A stretch of 63,878 nucleotides of DNA, filler included, from Octopus bimaculoides (Eukaryota), in assembly GCF_001194135.2 (NCBI RefSeq). It is 7 parts of 5 records of this genome, joined end to end, with 100 filler letters (N's around TTAATTAATTAA, not from the genome) between each part and the next. Parts side by side here need not be neighbours in the genome. Positions count along the whole stretch, not along the records: positions 1 to 12,726 come from NC_069000.1; positions 12,827 to 22,519 come from NC_068989.1; positions 22,620 to 43,124 come from NC_068983.1; 4 more parts are not named here. One strand, given 5' to 3'. Position numbers and translations under genes: made by a program. How positions within the stretch are numbered: position 1 is the stretch's first letter; every line of letters begins with the position of its first letter. Below, piece by piece: positions 11,073-26,187 of this stretch. The notes beneath the pieces are model-generated. The model worked only from the letters and a program-made list of their open reading frames with translations. It had not been told where the DNA came from and made no database searches.

Positions 11073-11174
11073 GTAACCCTCTGTGGTTCCCTATCTTTCA
11101 AACTTAGCTTTGTGGCCCCCAAGAAATGTTTCATGGCTCCCTAGGGGGTCATATGGCTCCTGTTGAGAAACCCT
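11073..11174. mobile_element. Possible MITE end (hAT-like terminus)
   Basis: Ends in GGCTCCTGTTGAGAAACCCT, resembling hAT-type MITE termini. The other end is lost in the gap. Confidence 0.3.
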
Positions 11175-11179
11175 TGTCT

Positions 11180-12383
11180 AAATTATGCAAAAATGAAAAT
11201 AACAGATATATTTACCAAAATTACATAAAAATATCTTGAAATACTAAAGAGTAAATTTATTCAATAAAATCACCATTGGCTTCAACCACAGCCTCCAGAT
11301 GACTTTGGACTCTCCTGCAACTCTTCTGGATGGTTTCCTTGTCTAAGTTGGATCATCTTTGGTGTTACAAGGAGCTTTGTTGGTCTCTCGCTCAACTGCA
11401 TTCCGCACATAATAATCAAGAGGGTTGCAGATGTTAGGGGTGATGCAGTCACAGAAATTAACAGTCATGTCTAGGTTCTCCTGCTTGTGCAGCATGGTGC
11501 AGAGTCCTGTTGCCAGACATAAGGTCTTCTAGTAGCCATCCTCTTGACCCAGGGCAGCACTACCTCATCCAGGCACTTGATGTAGGCCTCCATGTCAAGT
11601 CTGAGGCCGTGTGGGAAGATGAATGGAGGCATAATGTTGTCATCACTAGTGATCACTCCAAACACCATGATGTTGACTGGATGCTTGATTTTTATCACTC
11701 TCAGTACATGATTTGGAGACATGACAAGCCAACGGTTGTTTTGTATGTTTACCATCTGATCCTGGCAGAAATTCTTCTCATCTGAGAAAGACCAAAGCAT
11801 GTTTGGTTGGAGGGGTGCTTGAGTATGTTCAAAAGCTTTGTCGCACAGTCTTTCCTCTTCTCCTTGATGGCTTGGAATAAAAATTGGCCCTTTCTCTTCT
11901 TGTATGAGGAATACCAAATGTCTTCATGCACTGCCTGCCTGATAAGAAGCTCAGACACTCCCATGTCCCTGGTGATGGACCTGATTGACTTTGAGGAATT
12001 GTTGTCAATCATGGCTTAGATCTCACCAACAAATTCAGGAGTTCTTTTCTTATCAGAATGATCAGAATGAGTTTTCCAAACTGCTGTACCTTTGTAATTA
12101 CCATTTGACTAATCCAACTTTTTCCAAATCCTCTGCACTGTCCTCAGATTGACACTCAAACATTCTGAAATGTTTTTATTGGAGCTTCCAGCACAAATAC
12201 CAAGTAGTGGAACATGTCATTTCCAAATTTTTGGCAGAGTGATTTGTGTCATGGTGCTCTTTTTCTCACAGATGGTGTTCAACTGACCCTACTATACTGT
12301 GTACTTGACAAAATCAAAAACAAACAATGGACATGCGCAAAATTAAAATTATAAAATGGCAAGAATTAACCCATCGCACCCTG
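11180..12383 (-). mobile_element. Tc1/mariner superfamily transposon, maT (DD37D)-like, decayed
   Basis: Fragments SIRSITRDMGVSE, WSFSDEKNFCQDQMVNIQNNRW, IKHPVNIMVFGVITSD, VWQQDSAPC. The terminus CGCACCCTG+TA is at 12383. Confidence 0.85.
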
Positions 12384-12391
12384 TATATATT

Positions 12392-12429
<38 letters not shown>

Positions 12430-12726
12430 TAAATATATACTTTTATAAAACAAATTTTACAAAATATATAGTATCTGTTAACAGTCTTAGCCAAAAACTC
12501 ACAGTTGAGTTTTTGTATATATATATGTATACATGTCTCTTAAAGGATAGAGCTCAAAATCAATGCATTGAAGATACTTTATTGCAGCAACAATTATAAT
12601 AACAGAAACAACCACAATAAGCCAAACCTATGCACATTTCAATAGGGTATCCCGGAAAAATAAACCACATCATAAGATGTCTCGTAAAATATTGTAACAA
12701 ATTACAACATATTACAAATTTCTGGA

Positions 12727-12826
12727 NNNNNNNNNNNNNNNNNNNNNNNNNNNNNNNNNNNNNNNNNNNNTTAATTAATTAANNNNNNNNNNNNNNNNNN
12801 NNNNNNNNNNNNNNNNNNNNNNNNNN
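12727..12826. other. Scaffold-join linker (44 N, TTAATTAATTAA, 44 N), an assembly artefact
   Basis: The identical six-frame-stop 12-mer occurs at 12771, 22564, 43169, 47204, 55426 and 61624, always centred in N runs. Confidence 0.92.
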
Positions 12827-12859
<33 letters not shown>

Positions 12860-12870
<11 letters not shown>

Positions 12871-13170
12871 CATTAAAGTGAAAGTATCTGTCATTACAGT
12901 ATCGAAATGTGATTGTTTCAGTTAGTGAAATAGTTTCATTTTTAAAGTGAAAGTATTTGACATGAGTGTTTTTGTTTCACTTTTGACACGTAATACTTAA
13001 ATAGTGGAGGAGATATGATGTTGCTGTGGGCTCGAACTATGCAAGAAGTTAAAAACCCTAAGTAAGACATGTGTAAAATTTGAATGAAATTGGTTGTGGA
13101 GTTCTCGAGTTTTAGGGGAACACACACACAGACAGACAGACAGACACACATTCTCATTTTTCTCCTGTCA
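12860..13170 (-). mobile_element. Non-autonomous Helitron-like fragment
   Basis: The minus strand AATGAGAATGTGTGTCTGTCTG...AACCAATTTCATTCAAATTTTA matches the plus-strand copy at 24683-24900. Confidence 0.45.
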
Positions 13171-14127
13171 AACCATTGAACCCATGCCAGCATGGAAAGC
13201 AAACATTAAATAAGGATGATGATGATGATGATGATATATATATATATATGAATGTATTAGAAATCTGTGGTTTGGTGCCCATGTACATATTTAATCTACC
13301 AGGGTGGGCTGGACTAAGCTGTAGCAAAGGCAGCTAACCCAGGAGATGCAGAACTAACAGATAAACTGGATGTGTTATTCACTGAGTTTAATAACAAACA
13401 TTTGCACCAACTTCCTGCTTTCAACATTTCCAAAAAGTGAAATTATCAAAAAGTGAGACTGGTTTACACAACCTTCACCACTGAAAACAAACCATCTATA
13501 CGGGTAGTCTAACAGTCAAATTGATGGACCCTCATGCATAGAAACTGACAGGAGTATTTACTATATAACACATATATGCATATATATATGCATATATATA
13601 NNNNNNNNNNNNNNNNNNNNNNNNNNNNNNNNNNNNNNNNNNNNNNNNNNNNNNNNNNNNNNNNNNNNNNNNNNNNNNNNNNNNNNNNNNNNNNNNNNNN
13701 NNNNNNNNNNNNNNNNNNNNNNNNNNNNNNNNNNNNNNNNNNNNNNNNNNNNNNNNNNNNNNNNNNNNNNNNNNNNNNNNNNNNNNNNNNNNNNNNNNNN
13801 NNNNNNNNNNNNNNNNNNNNNNNNNNNNNNNNNNNNNNNNNNNNNNNNNNNNNNNATATATATATATATATATATAGCATGCTGTGTGCTAGCCAGTGAA
13901 CAGTATAAGAGGACAAGGAAGATCTAAATCTTGATTAAGTACCCCTTCACTTGCAGCAGTTAAAGAGATTTTTGAAGACATGCTACTGAATATTCAGTTA
14001 TGTAGTTACTTATATGTCGTCTAAATTTTTTTATATCAAACTGTTCAAACTTGCTGTACTCAAGAAGACTCATCCTCCACAGCTGAAGTGTTAATGTCAT
14101 GCCCCCTGATGAAGAGGATTCTCCTGC

Positions 14128-14820
14128 AAGAGACCTCTGCTGGTCCCACATAAAAGCACTCATGCTGGTGCCACATTAAAAACACCCAGCACACACTGTA
14201 AAGTGGTTGGCATTAGGAAGGACATCCAGCCATAGAAACCTAGCCAAATCAGACTGGAACCTGGTGTAGCTCTCTGGCTTGCCAACTCTGGTCAAACTGT
14301 CCAACCCATGCCTGCATGGAAAATGGATATCAAAAGATGAGTCATTGTCATATCTTTGTGAATTATTTACTTCATAGCTTACAACATTGCTGGTAGGATC
14401 TGGCACCCGTGCTGGTACATGTAAAAAGCACCTTTCAAGTGTTTGGCCTCACGCAGGCAAGGTGGCTGATGCTGGTGGCCTGTGAAAAGCATCTTTCAAG
14501 TGTTGAGCCTCATGGAGGCAATGATGAATGACCGAAAACTTTGGCATTATGCCGTGCTTGAGAAGAAGACCCATCAAGCCAGGTAAAATTGCAGGCATGG
14601 CAGATACTGGTGTAACACAAATGGCACCCATGCCAGTGGCATGTAAAAGCACTCATTACACTCTCAGAAAGGTTGGTGTTAGGAAGGAGATCCAGCCATA
14701 GAAACCATGCCAAAACAGACTGGAGTCTGGTACAACCTTACAACTTGCCAGTCCTGGTTAAACTGTCCAACCCATGTCTGCATGGACAGCAAATGTTTGA
14801 TGATGATGATCATCGTCATC
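14128..14820 (+). mobile_element. Two tandem (GAT)n-tailed RTE-3'-end/SINE repeats
   Basis: GGTTGGYRTTAGGAAGG...CCAGCCATAGAAACC...AACCCATGYCWGCATGGA occurs at 14200-14330 and 14670-14810. Confidence 0.75.
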
Positions 14821-16799
14821 ATAATGTTGAAGCATGGTTAAGATGTCTTTTAGTCATTATGGGAAGAAAACCAAATTGAAAATTAAGAATGTGTTGCTGG
14901 CCAATAATGAGACCATACTGAAGATGTCACTAATGATTCAACTGAAACAGATGTGTGATCAGCAAGATGTGTGTGACCATGATGAATAATATGAAACTTT
15001 ATTGTTAAATGAACCAGTCATGTCTATATTTCACGAACCATTGCTTATTGAAAAATTCTTGCACTCTTATTGTAACATGCCTTGATATTATGTGCTTGTT
15101 TGGTAAGCTTCATTGAGGTGACCTAAATATTCAAAATGAATTATTATAAATGAGACTCATTGCTGGCATATATCCTATAGACCAAGAACATTGGAACAAT
15201 TGCAGGAGGAAAAGTCAGTTGTGGCATGTGAACTTCATACTACAACAGAAAATGATATCATGGCTTTACAGTCAACAGTTTGCATGCAGAAGAACCAACA
15301 TCAAAAGTTGCCAATGTCTGTCATGCAAATTTTGTGATTCTAAACGGGTTTTTCAATAGAAAAAAAAATGTCTTGTATTTGAAAGCAACTTCACAAATTG
15401 TGCATCAAAACACCCCCCCCCATCCCATTTTGTAGCTTTAAAAAGAAATCGATGAGAAAAGATCTGACATGGAAACATAGGGATGTACATTATCAGGTAA
15501 GGAAAGAACAACCATACTATGAAATTTAAATTGAATACCGTCAGTTTGATATGCAAGTGAAAACTGACAGTCAGGTTACTTGAATTCCAAGTAACTTTCG
15601 GACATTCATTGTCAATCACAAATTTTTCAAAAGTCATCTGTAACCTTAGCAGTCTGACTGATAAACAAGTAAAACCTTGGACTTATACAATTTCAGATCA
15701 TTCCTCAAGTGTAACAAGTGAGCATCAGAAAACCAGAAAAGTTTGTGTGTCTGGGGTAACAAGGTAAATGTTAATCAAGATTATTAAAATTAACAAACCT
15801 CCAATATTAAATATACATTTCACTCATTAACAAAGATGGATGTTTTTGTAAAATTTGGTCTTTAAAGTATCATCATTATTTAATGTCCTTATTCCAGGTT
15901 GACATGAATTTGGATGGTTTGAAAGGATATGAAAAGTCCAAGACTGCATCATAGCCCATTGTCAACTTTAGCATGGGTGCTACAGCTGAATGCTACATGG
16001 ATGCTCTTGGTGTACAGGGAGAGGTAGCTAGCAGTAGAGGAGCATAATGTTTGGTGGTAGGAGTGAGCATGAATAATGAATAGCAGAGGGAAACTTAGTA
16101 GGTTCACAGGTTCAGATGTAGATACATGCTAAACATTTTAGACTCCACTACTATTCCCATTTTAACAAATGTCATCATATTTGCTTAGGTAGCCAAGTCT
16201 TTTCTTAGTATCACTTGTTGCCAATCATCAAGGTCCTTTATTACTTATTTCATGAGATACCAACATGTTGAAATCAATCTTCCCCTTTTCATCCCACCGC
16301 ATCCCTTTTCCCCCTTTATAACAGGTTTTGTGTCCGTATGAAGAGTTCAGATACACATCACATGTCCACGCCAGTGCAGTATGGTACTGCACTCATAACA
16401 AGGAATTGGACTCATGCAGTCAGAACCGAATCAGGTATAAACTTGAGCCATGTGAAACAAACTGGAATGATAGCAATGGTGTCCAGATGAAATGATACCT
16501 CTCCTGATTGAGGAGCAGCAGTGTTGACGGTGATGTGGGACAAGATCAAAATTGTAGTTAAAACGTCTTTAAAAGAAATACAGTGTACCAGAGAAATACT
16601 ATTTGGATAAATGAACTCATCTTTTGAAATAAATATGTAGCAAGGCATACAGATGGATAGTTGGTAGCAGACAGTCAAAAGGACAGGGAAAACTGCAACT
16701 TGAGTTGAAGTAACCATTAACATTTAGTAATTATAAACTCTTTGGTATACGTTATATTGCACTTCCAGTTAAGTATTGTCATTTGTAATATAGACATGT

Positions 16800-19700
16800 C
16801 AATTGTTATGGTTATTTGTGAATCTATTTAACTCCTAATAGCAACTAATATTTTTTATTTAGTTTCCTTATGACAACAAACTACTTGACGTCTATCATTC
16901 AACTTCATAAAGGAAACCGATTCGTCATAAAGAAAATGTGATATGTTATCATAAAAACTAGATTAAAGAGTGGGAAGAAAAGGAAAATTTTGAAGTTTAT
17001 ATATTGGTATGTGCAATTATATTGGCATCCCAAACAACCTCGTGTATAGCAACACCATGATAGAGTGGGAACTAGGAATTACTGATTGACTTCTTCTGTT
17101 ACCCAATTATTCAGATTTACAACAGAAATGACTGTTAAGGGTTTCGTTCAAAAGAATAGTGGTGTTAAAGTGAGCAAGTATTTGTCTACTACAATTCTAT
17201 GTACATCTAGAATGCTCTAGAAGAATCAACTACAGTACTTGACCGGAATTTTATTTTGTTGACTCTAGACCATGGAAAGGCAAAGTTGACCTCGATTGGA
17301 ATTGAACGTCGAACATAAAGAGGTCTAATTAAAAATTGCAAGTTTATTCGATTCGGTGCTTTAACATTAATGCCAATACCATATGGGTTAGTTACTATAG
17401 ATTTCCTAATCTATAGAACTATCTATTATCTATAAATCGATGTAGTATGTATATCATATGAAATCATTTTAATATATATAGAATAACACAACATCGATAA
17501 AAGTTTGAGGAAATCACTTTTATAAAATGTAGAAACATTGTAACTATCCACAAAATCGGATCTCTTGGATTCAAACCATAATATGCATTTTCACGAATCA
17601 TGGGTTGTAGAAAATATTTTACGAGTTAAGAGACAAATGTCTGAATTCCTTCCATATAAGAAATCGGTCTGACTCAATTTCCAAATTAATATCGTCTTTG
17701 TTAGCTCGGTGATCTTTACGGGTGGCGCAATAATAACTTAGTTACTAAGCGACGACTAAGCATGTGTGGATATTTTCTAAAGAATAAGGAGCAAACAAAA
17801 GATAGAGAGGATATCTAATTTTTTACGTTTATGGATTTGTTTTGCAAGATTCCTTATAAAATAGCCAATAAGTTTTATTTCATAAAGATACTGTAGATAA
17901 AAACGTGTTCCTTCCTAAACTAAAACAAAAATTATTGAGAAAGATTAAGGTTTAGTAAGCTTTATATATTAATGAGTTTTGAAGTAAGCCGTTAAGCCTA
18001 CCAATAAATTCATGGTTAAGTGTCACAATTTCTCATTCAAGGGCAGATTCAAATTAATCTGAGCTGAAAAGTTGCGCTTGAATCTATCCCTTACCGTTGT
18101 TACTGGGCATGGCTTGCGACACAGCAGCAACAAAAAGGCGAACTTGAATCAGAAAATTAAGTCCTTTTAAACAAATGGAGTTTAGGATGGGTAAATAATA
18201 TTTATTTATAGTAATAATGTCATAGTTCACTCACAATATGATGACATAATGACGAATATCTAGAAAAATGTAGATAGGAGCGCGCGCACTAATAACCCAC
18301 TTGCCAACGCACATAAAACTTTAACCGAAAAACAAACCCAGTGAAGTTGATGTGGAATTATTAGATTAGAGATGATGTAAATTCGAGACAGTGAATATGA
18401 TATTAGACTCAGGGATATATAAACACTAAAAGCGTCACTCCTATAGAACAAAATCGAAATTAAAATGTTAGAAACCGTAATTAGTTCACTATTACATCTC
18501 AAGTTGTGTTTTCCGACTTTATTCTATAGGAACACAGCTAAAAGCATGTTATGAGTAATGAACAGATGGTTACAGAAATGGAGAACAACAGTACTAAAAT
18601 ACAAACGGAATGAAATTTAAATTTTTAAGAAAAAAGTAGGGTGATATGTTTTAAGCTGGATAAGAGACGGTTAAAATTAAATAGCAGCATTATGACAAGT
18701 AAACCAAATGGAGTACACACTGTGTGTGATGGCAGATGTAGTATGGAAATGGTTATTCTGAAAAATAAAACTGTAAATTCACTAACATACAGGATGATAC
18801 GTTAAATGTAATTACAAAATTTTCTGATATCAGTTACACGTTAATGAATGAAGGCCTCTTCTGACTTTGGTAAGATGAGAGCAGTAGCAGCTTATAACTG
18901 GGAACTGAAAACGTCACAAATTTCTTATTCAAAAAGTTCAATTCTAGACGAAACAAAAATAAAATCGATTAACAGAACATGAATATTTTCGAAATACAAG
19001 TTTAAACATCTTGGAAACATGAGCATTAGATATGTCTGTTTGTTTATGAAATCGTCACTTACTTCTGGAAAATACCCCATAGATAATTTTGGTCTATGTT
19101 AGATCCGTAATATGCCATTTTCAACAGCTCAGCTTAAAACAGTCTCTGTGCGGTGAATTTAGTAGTTAGTAAAAAAAATCACAGCTGAGAGGTAACAGTA
19201 AATATAAACAGTGCTTTACTAAAATACTACGTGAGGATATGGATTATCACATTGCAATGGATCATATGTGTTAACAGTTTTGATTGGCTAGCATTGACTT
19301 TACGTCACCTACACTGAATCATTTCATATCTATTTTCATTGGTCAGTTCACTAGTTACTACTTTGTCAATTTCAGTTTATTATATTTTCCTATTTTTCAT
19401 CAGCAATGCGCTATTGTGTTTCCCATATTTGGGGGAAATGGCATGAAAAGGAAAAAAAAATGTGCTTAAGTCCGGTACACGTTGACATGTTGGGCTGGAA
19501 CAATAACTCTCAAAAAAAAAAAGAGTTGGCGTTCTTTGTATAGTTTTTATTTCAACTATTCATTCCGATTGCTAAGTCTAAAGAATTAGTGTTAATATAC
19601 TTAATGTACAGACCATTAAAAAGAACGATTAGAAATAATATAAAATAAGAAAAAGAAAACACAAAGAAACTGTGCTGTTGTTGTTGTTGTCTATTAAATA

Positions 19701-19950
19701 CTTAATCCACCGGGACAACTCCAATTATATTTCGTTCAGAACAATCTCGAAATTCCAATCATTTCTCTGCAATTCCTCTTCACACAACCACTCACTCGAT
19801 GTTCTACAGTCAATTATACATAGATACAACCTTGTGGTGGCGCATTACATCAATTTCTCATTACTTCAAGTATTCCAAATGTTTCCTGATTCAACTGACG
19901 CCTGTCAATCAACCCGACAAGTAATACACACTTTCATTTAAATTTCGATC
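16800..19950. promoter_or_regulatory. Repeat-poor, CpG-retaining island around the PDCD6 5' end (promoter, 5' UTR, start of intron 1)
   Basis: Almost no SINEs or microsatellites over about 3 kb, CG dinucleotides are frequent, and it contains the PDCD6 start exon. Confidence 0.5.
19063..19118 (-). CDS. PDCD6: Coding exon 1 of programmed cell death protein 6 (ALG-2, penta-EF-hand)
   Basis: Minus strand reads gaaaATGG, MAYYGSNIDQNYLWGIFQ, then AA|GTAAGT (canonical phase-2 donor). It matches the ALG-2 N-terminus (human DQSFLWNVFQR), where I recall intron 1 falling at the same position. Exon 2 (VDKDRSG...) was not found in the window. Confidence 0.72.
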
Positions 19951-19978
19951 TATCTTTCTTCTATTTCGCTCTTTCCCC

Positions 19979-21878
<1,900 letters not shown>

Positions 21879-21918
21879 TATGAATATACACATATACATA
21901 CATGTATATGTGTGTGTG

Positions 21919-21961
<43 letters not shown>

Positions 21962-22018
21962 TACAAAAAGATAGATTGATAGATACAACTGAGTGGGCAA
22001 ACAAAAATATGAGACACT

Positions 22019-22323
22019 GCCTAGTGCTTTTTTTTATTTTGATAAGCCTGGTACTTACTCCAGTTTCTGCTTGTGAAACCAGTAAGTTATGGGGATGTAA
22101 ATAAACGAACAGCAGTGATGAGGGAGAAACATAGAAACAAAGACACACACATACACTTACATATATACATACATGTATATATATACGATTGATTTCTTTC
22201 AGTTTCTGTCTACAAAATCCACTCACAAGGCTTTGGTTGGTCTGAGGCTATAGCAGAAGACACATGTGTTTTGGACCATGCGTTTTGGAACCAAGTTTCT
22301 TACCACACAGCCATGCCTGCACC
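22019..22323 (-). mobile_element. SINE family A
   Basis: Reverse complement of the 9019 and 30110 family. Confidence 0.8.
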
Positions 22324-22619
22324 TATGTATGCGTGTATGTGTGTGTGTGTGCATGAGTGTATATATGTATGCATGTATATATGTGTACATATTACATGTA
22401 TATTCATATATATACATGTACATCTATATATATATACATGTATATATATATTTATATTTATATATTTGATCCTTTATATTGAACACTCAATATTTCATCT
22501 ACATTCAATACTTTCTTTCNNNNNNNNNNNNNNNNNNNNNNNNNNNNNNNNNNNNNNNNNNNNTTAATTAATTAANNNNNNNNNNNNNNNNNNNNNNNNN
22601 NNNNNNNNNNNNNNNNNNN

Positions 22620-22870
22620 GGGGCACTGGCAACGATCTCGCTCAAATGTCTTTACATATGCCACTGGCACAAGTGCCAGGAAGGCGACGCTGGGCACAGG
22701 TGCCATCACAATTTCGCTTTCGCTTGCTCCAACAGGTCTTCGCAAGCCGAGTTTCGTGTCCAGTGAAGGAGATGACGTTGGCATGGGTTCCAGTCGTCGA
22801 ATTTAGTTCGATTTCGATTTCACTTGCCTCAACAGGTCTTCGCAAGCAGAGTTTAGCGTCCAATGAAGGA
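22620..22870. repeat. GC-rich dispersed/minisatellite repeat with an internal duplication
   Basis: CAACAGGTCTTCGCAAGC(C/A)GAGTTT occurs twice, about 100 bp apart. The start matches the 62-bp unit at 14-178. Confidence 0.6.
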
Positions 22871-23389
22871 AAGGTATGCATAAGTGGGCTGGCTACACCC
22901 CTGGCAGAGGCCTTGGATTTAGGTCTCACTATCTTAAATAATCAAGAACTTGTGTTAACTAACATGGGCCAAGTACAAAATAATAATGGAACAAGGATTA
23001 GATTTATTTAAGTCACCCATAAAATAACAGTAATAATACTACCACAAACAATGGAATAATGGAATAACATGAATCTTTTAGGGTCAGGTATCAAATAAAA
23101 TTTTAAAAGGTTTGAAAACTATTAAAAACTATTAAGAAATGTCAAAACATCCTATTCTTTTAAGTTAACTAAAGTAAAGTAAGATACACACTAAAACTAA
23201 CAGCAATAGCAAAAGTGATGTGAAAAAAATTTAAATAAAACCATATACCATCCATGGATAAAGTTGAAATTTTAGTTATCACAGGAGGTGAAAGATCAAA
23301 AATATGCTATAAAAGTTCAATTTCAATTTAAATATGTACTAACTATAACCTAAGATAAATATGGTAGATGTTAAAATACCACACTATTT

Positions 23390-23790
23390 AAGTTTGCTAC
23401 TTTTAAAAATATTTAAAAGTGCAAGTGGAACAGTGTACACACAATACTCTGTTATTAATCAGGTTAGAACTGTTTCTAAGTTTAAACATTTCATATGTTT
23501 CCATGGAACATAATTCACATCCTTATCTGCTATTTCTGTAAGGTTGGGCTTTTCTTATAATTTCCCATTTAAGGCTAAAACTAGTACCACTTTCCTTTAA
23601 TTCCCATATTTTATTTGATAATGACGTACTATTTGCCTTATGTTTAAGTCTAAAAGATGACAAGTGGTTATATATGTGCTGTTTCAAATTAATCGTACAT
23701 CCGAAGTGAATATAATTATCAGTTATAGTACTTATTGTGCATTTATATACTACGTTTCGGATAAGACATCGGCCTAATAACAGACAATGG
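23390..23790 (-). mobile_element. PLE GIY-YIG endonuclease remnant
   Basis: Minus frame CLLLGRCLIRNVVYKC...FGCTINLKQHIYNHLSSFRLKHKANSTSLSNKIWELKESGTSFSLKWEIIRKAQPY...CELC. Confidence 0.8.
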
Positions 23791-24159
23791 GACTTATTTC
23801 TACAATTGCAACTAGTGGAACTATCAACAACACCAATATTATTACTAAGATTTAAATTATTGTTGTTACAATTATTCGCATTGATATTATTTCTCCTATT
23901 ATTAATTCTGTTATCAGGCTTATTATGATCACTTCTATTACTTTGTGCAGCTGAGGATTGCTCTGCATTTTACATTTAATGTAATGTTCACATTGCTTAA
24001 ATAAATGGAGTCGCATGAAAGGATCGTACTGCATTAACTTTAGATATCCTTGTTGCTTATTTTGATTTTAATCACCTTATTTTGGAATTGTATGGATAAT
24101 ACGATACTTAATTCTGGTGCCTAAACTTAAGTACCACATTCATTTTGAATCTAAATTAT

Positions 24160-24204
<45 letters not shown>

Positions 24205-24682
24205 GGTTGAAAATATATGGAAAACATAAAAAGTGGAAGAGAAATGCCTCCGTTTCACATAGTTTAATATCTTTTTATAAAGANNNNNNNNNNNNNNNNN
24301 NNNNNNNNNNNNNNNNNNNNNNNNNNNNNNNNNNNNNNNNNNNNNNNNNNNNNNNNNNNNNNNNNNNNNNNNNNNNNNNNNNNNNNNNNNNNNNNNNNNN
24401 NNNNNNNNNNNNNNNNNNNNNNNNNNNNNNNNNNNNNNNNNNNNNNNNNNNNNNNNNNNNNNNNNNNNNNNNNNNNNNNNNNNNNNNNNNNNNNNNNNNN
24501 NNNNNNNNNNNNNNNNNNNNNNNNNNNNNNNNNNNNNNNNNNNNNNNNNNNNNNNNNNNNNNNNNNNNNNNNNNNNNNNNNNNNNNNNNNNNNNNNNNNN
24601 NNNNNNNNNNNNNNNNNNNNNNNNNNNNNNNNNNNNNNNNNNNNNNNNNNTATATATATATACACACACACACACACACATA

Positions 24683-25036
24683 TAAAACTGAGAATATCTG
24701 TGTGTGTTTGTGTATGTATGTGTGTGTATGTGTGCATCACTAAACCTCAAGAACTACCCAACTAATTTCATTCAAATTTTATACATGCACTATTTAGCGT
24801 CCATGGAGTGTCATGGGCCCCCCAAATTTTCAACTTCTTACCTAATGCGAGCCCAGAATAATCTCTTAGTCTATTTCAGTATTATGTGTGAAAACTGAAA
24901 CAATAACATCTCTATTGTGAGATAATAGTTTCCCTATTAATAGTTTCACTACGTATATAATATATACATAGTGAAACTATTATCTCACATTACATATACT
25001 AGCAGGAAGACCACCCTCCAGGAGGTTTTCTGCTAG
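24683..25036 (+). mobile_element. Helitron-like non-autonomous element
   Basis: ATATAAAACTGAGAAT start, microsatellite, body shared with 12860-13170, and a terminal hairpin ending in CTGCTAG. Confidence 0.45.
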
Positions 25037-26024
25037 CTCCTTGATAATATTTTTACATTCGATTTCCAATTCTGATAATTTTTATATTTTACATCTAATC
25101 ATTTCTTTGTATAATAGTGCTCACTTGCTTTCATTATTTTATCACAGTCATAATCTCTCTTTTTTAAACAAACATCATGGTAGTCCAACAACAGAGGAAG
25201 AAGCAATTTGTTAAGTTTTACCTTCCCCTCAAAGCAACATAGAGATTTCAGTTCAGCAGCCCTTCTGTAAGCTTTGCAGTGTGTGTGAGAGAGAGAGAGA
25301 ACATTGCAAAAATTTTTCAGGGATTTTCCTCATCTTTTTTAAACCACAGCTCTCGAAATGATGGGGTGTGGGAGCATCTTTGTATGAAAAAGTTTTGTAA
25401 ACTCTTTTTTTCTACACCTGCCTCCCTCATCATTTCACTCTGGACCTATTTTGGCCAATTTTTTTTGCACTTCAAAGTCATGGGAAGAGCATTTTTGGTA
25501 AAAAATTTTTTTTTTAATTGTTAATATTTGCAGAGGGAAACGTGAGTGATTTAAGGGTGATTTGGCTGTTGTTTCTAGCATATCCGAAGAAATCCTCCTC
25601 GTTTCTTTATCACTCTCACATGTATTGATGTTTTTTCAATATTTTTTCCCCATAAATACATTTATATGCTATGAAAAAGAAAATTTGAGAAATTATGAAT
25701 TTTTTGCAACCCCACTCCCTATCCCCGATTGTTTCTGTTTAGAAATGAAAATATTGGAGAGCCTGAGAAGGTCATTGCTGGCATTTGTCTACAGTGATTT
25801 TAAAAACTTACAGAGATGTACTTGCATAGCAAGTGACTTGACCTGAAATCATGTACTGAAACAAAAACAATTGCAGTGTAGATGTTTGTAAGCGATTCAA
25901 GAACACACAGAAACTGTTAGTTTCATTGCACTACTTAAATATACAGATGTCCCTATACGTTGACATAATGATATGAAGGGGAGAGTTAGTTTTAGAGTTA
26001 GTACAAGGACTTGAGATTGTTTTA

Positions 26025-26187
26025 GCTGAAGAATGTGCAAAAATTTCTTTGGAAACAATTCAAACTTTGTATGAGTTCATACCTCATAGAATTCAAGCTG
26101 TAATTACTGCCAAAGGCGGTCCTAACCCATATTAAAATAAATTTGCTTGAAATTTTAAGGTGTTTCCATTATTTTGTCCAACCCCTG
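26025..26187 (+). mobile_element. Tc1 transposase C-terminus and 3' TIR
   Basis: EECAKISLETIQTLYEFIPHRIQAVITAKGGPNPY*, followed by GGTGTTTCCATTATTTTGTCCAACCCCTG+TA. Confidence 0.85.

Noticed and set aside
12771-12782. Repeated TTAATTAATTAA motif (six copies)
   Set aside because: It is always centred in 44+44 N and is a six-frame stop linker inserted at scaffold joins, not biology.
14100-14135. CTGATGA-A-GAGG...CCTC hairpin
   Set aside because: No GAAA or cleavage site follows; a repeat insertion starts immediately, so it cannot be evaluated.
16412-16723. 103-aa hydrophobic minus-strand ORF as a PDCD6 exon or membrane protein
   Set aside because: No EF-hand or other recognisable motif and no consistent splice phase with exon 1.
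23745-23790. GAAACGUA hammerhead half-core on the minus strand
   Set aside because: It is coding sequence (IRNVVY) of the PLE endonuclease, with no CUGANGA or helix I.
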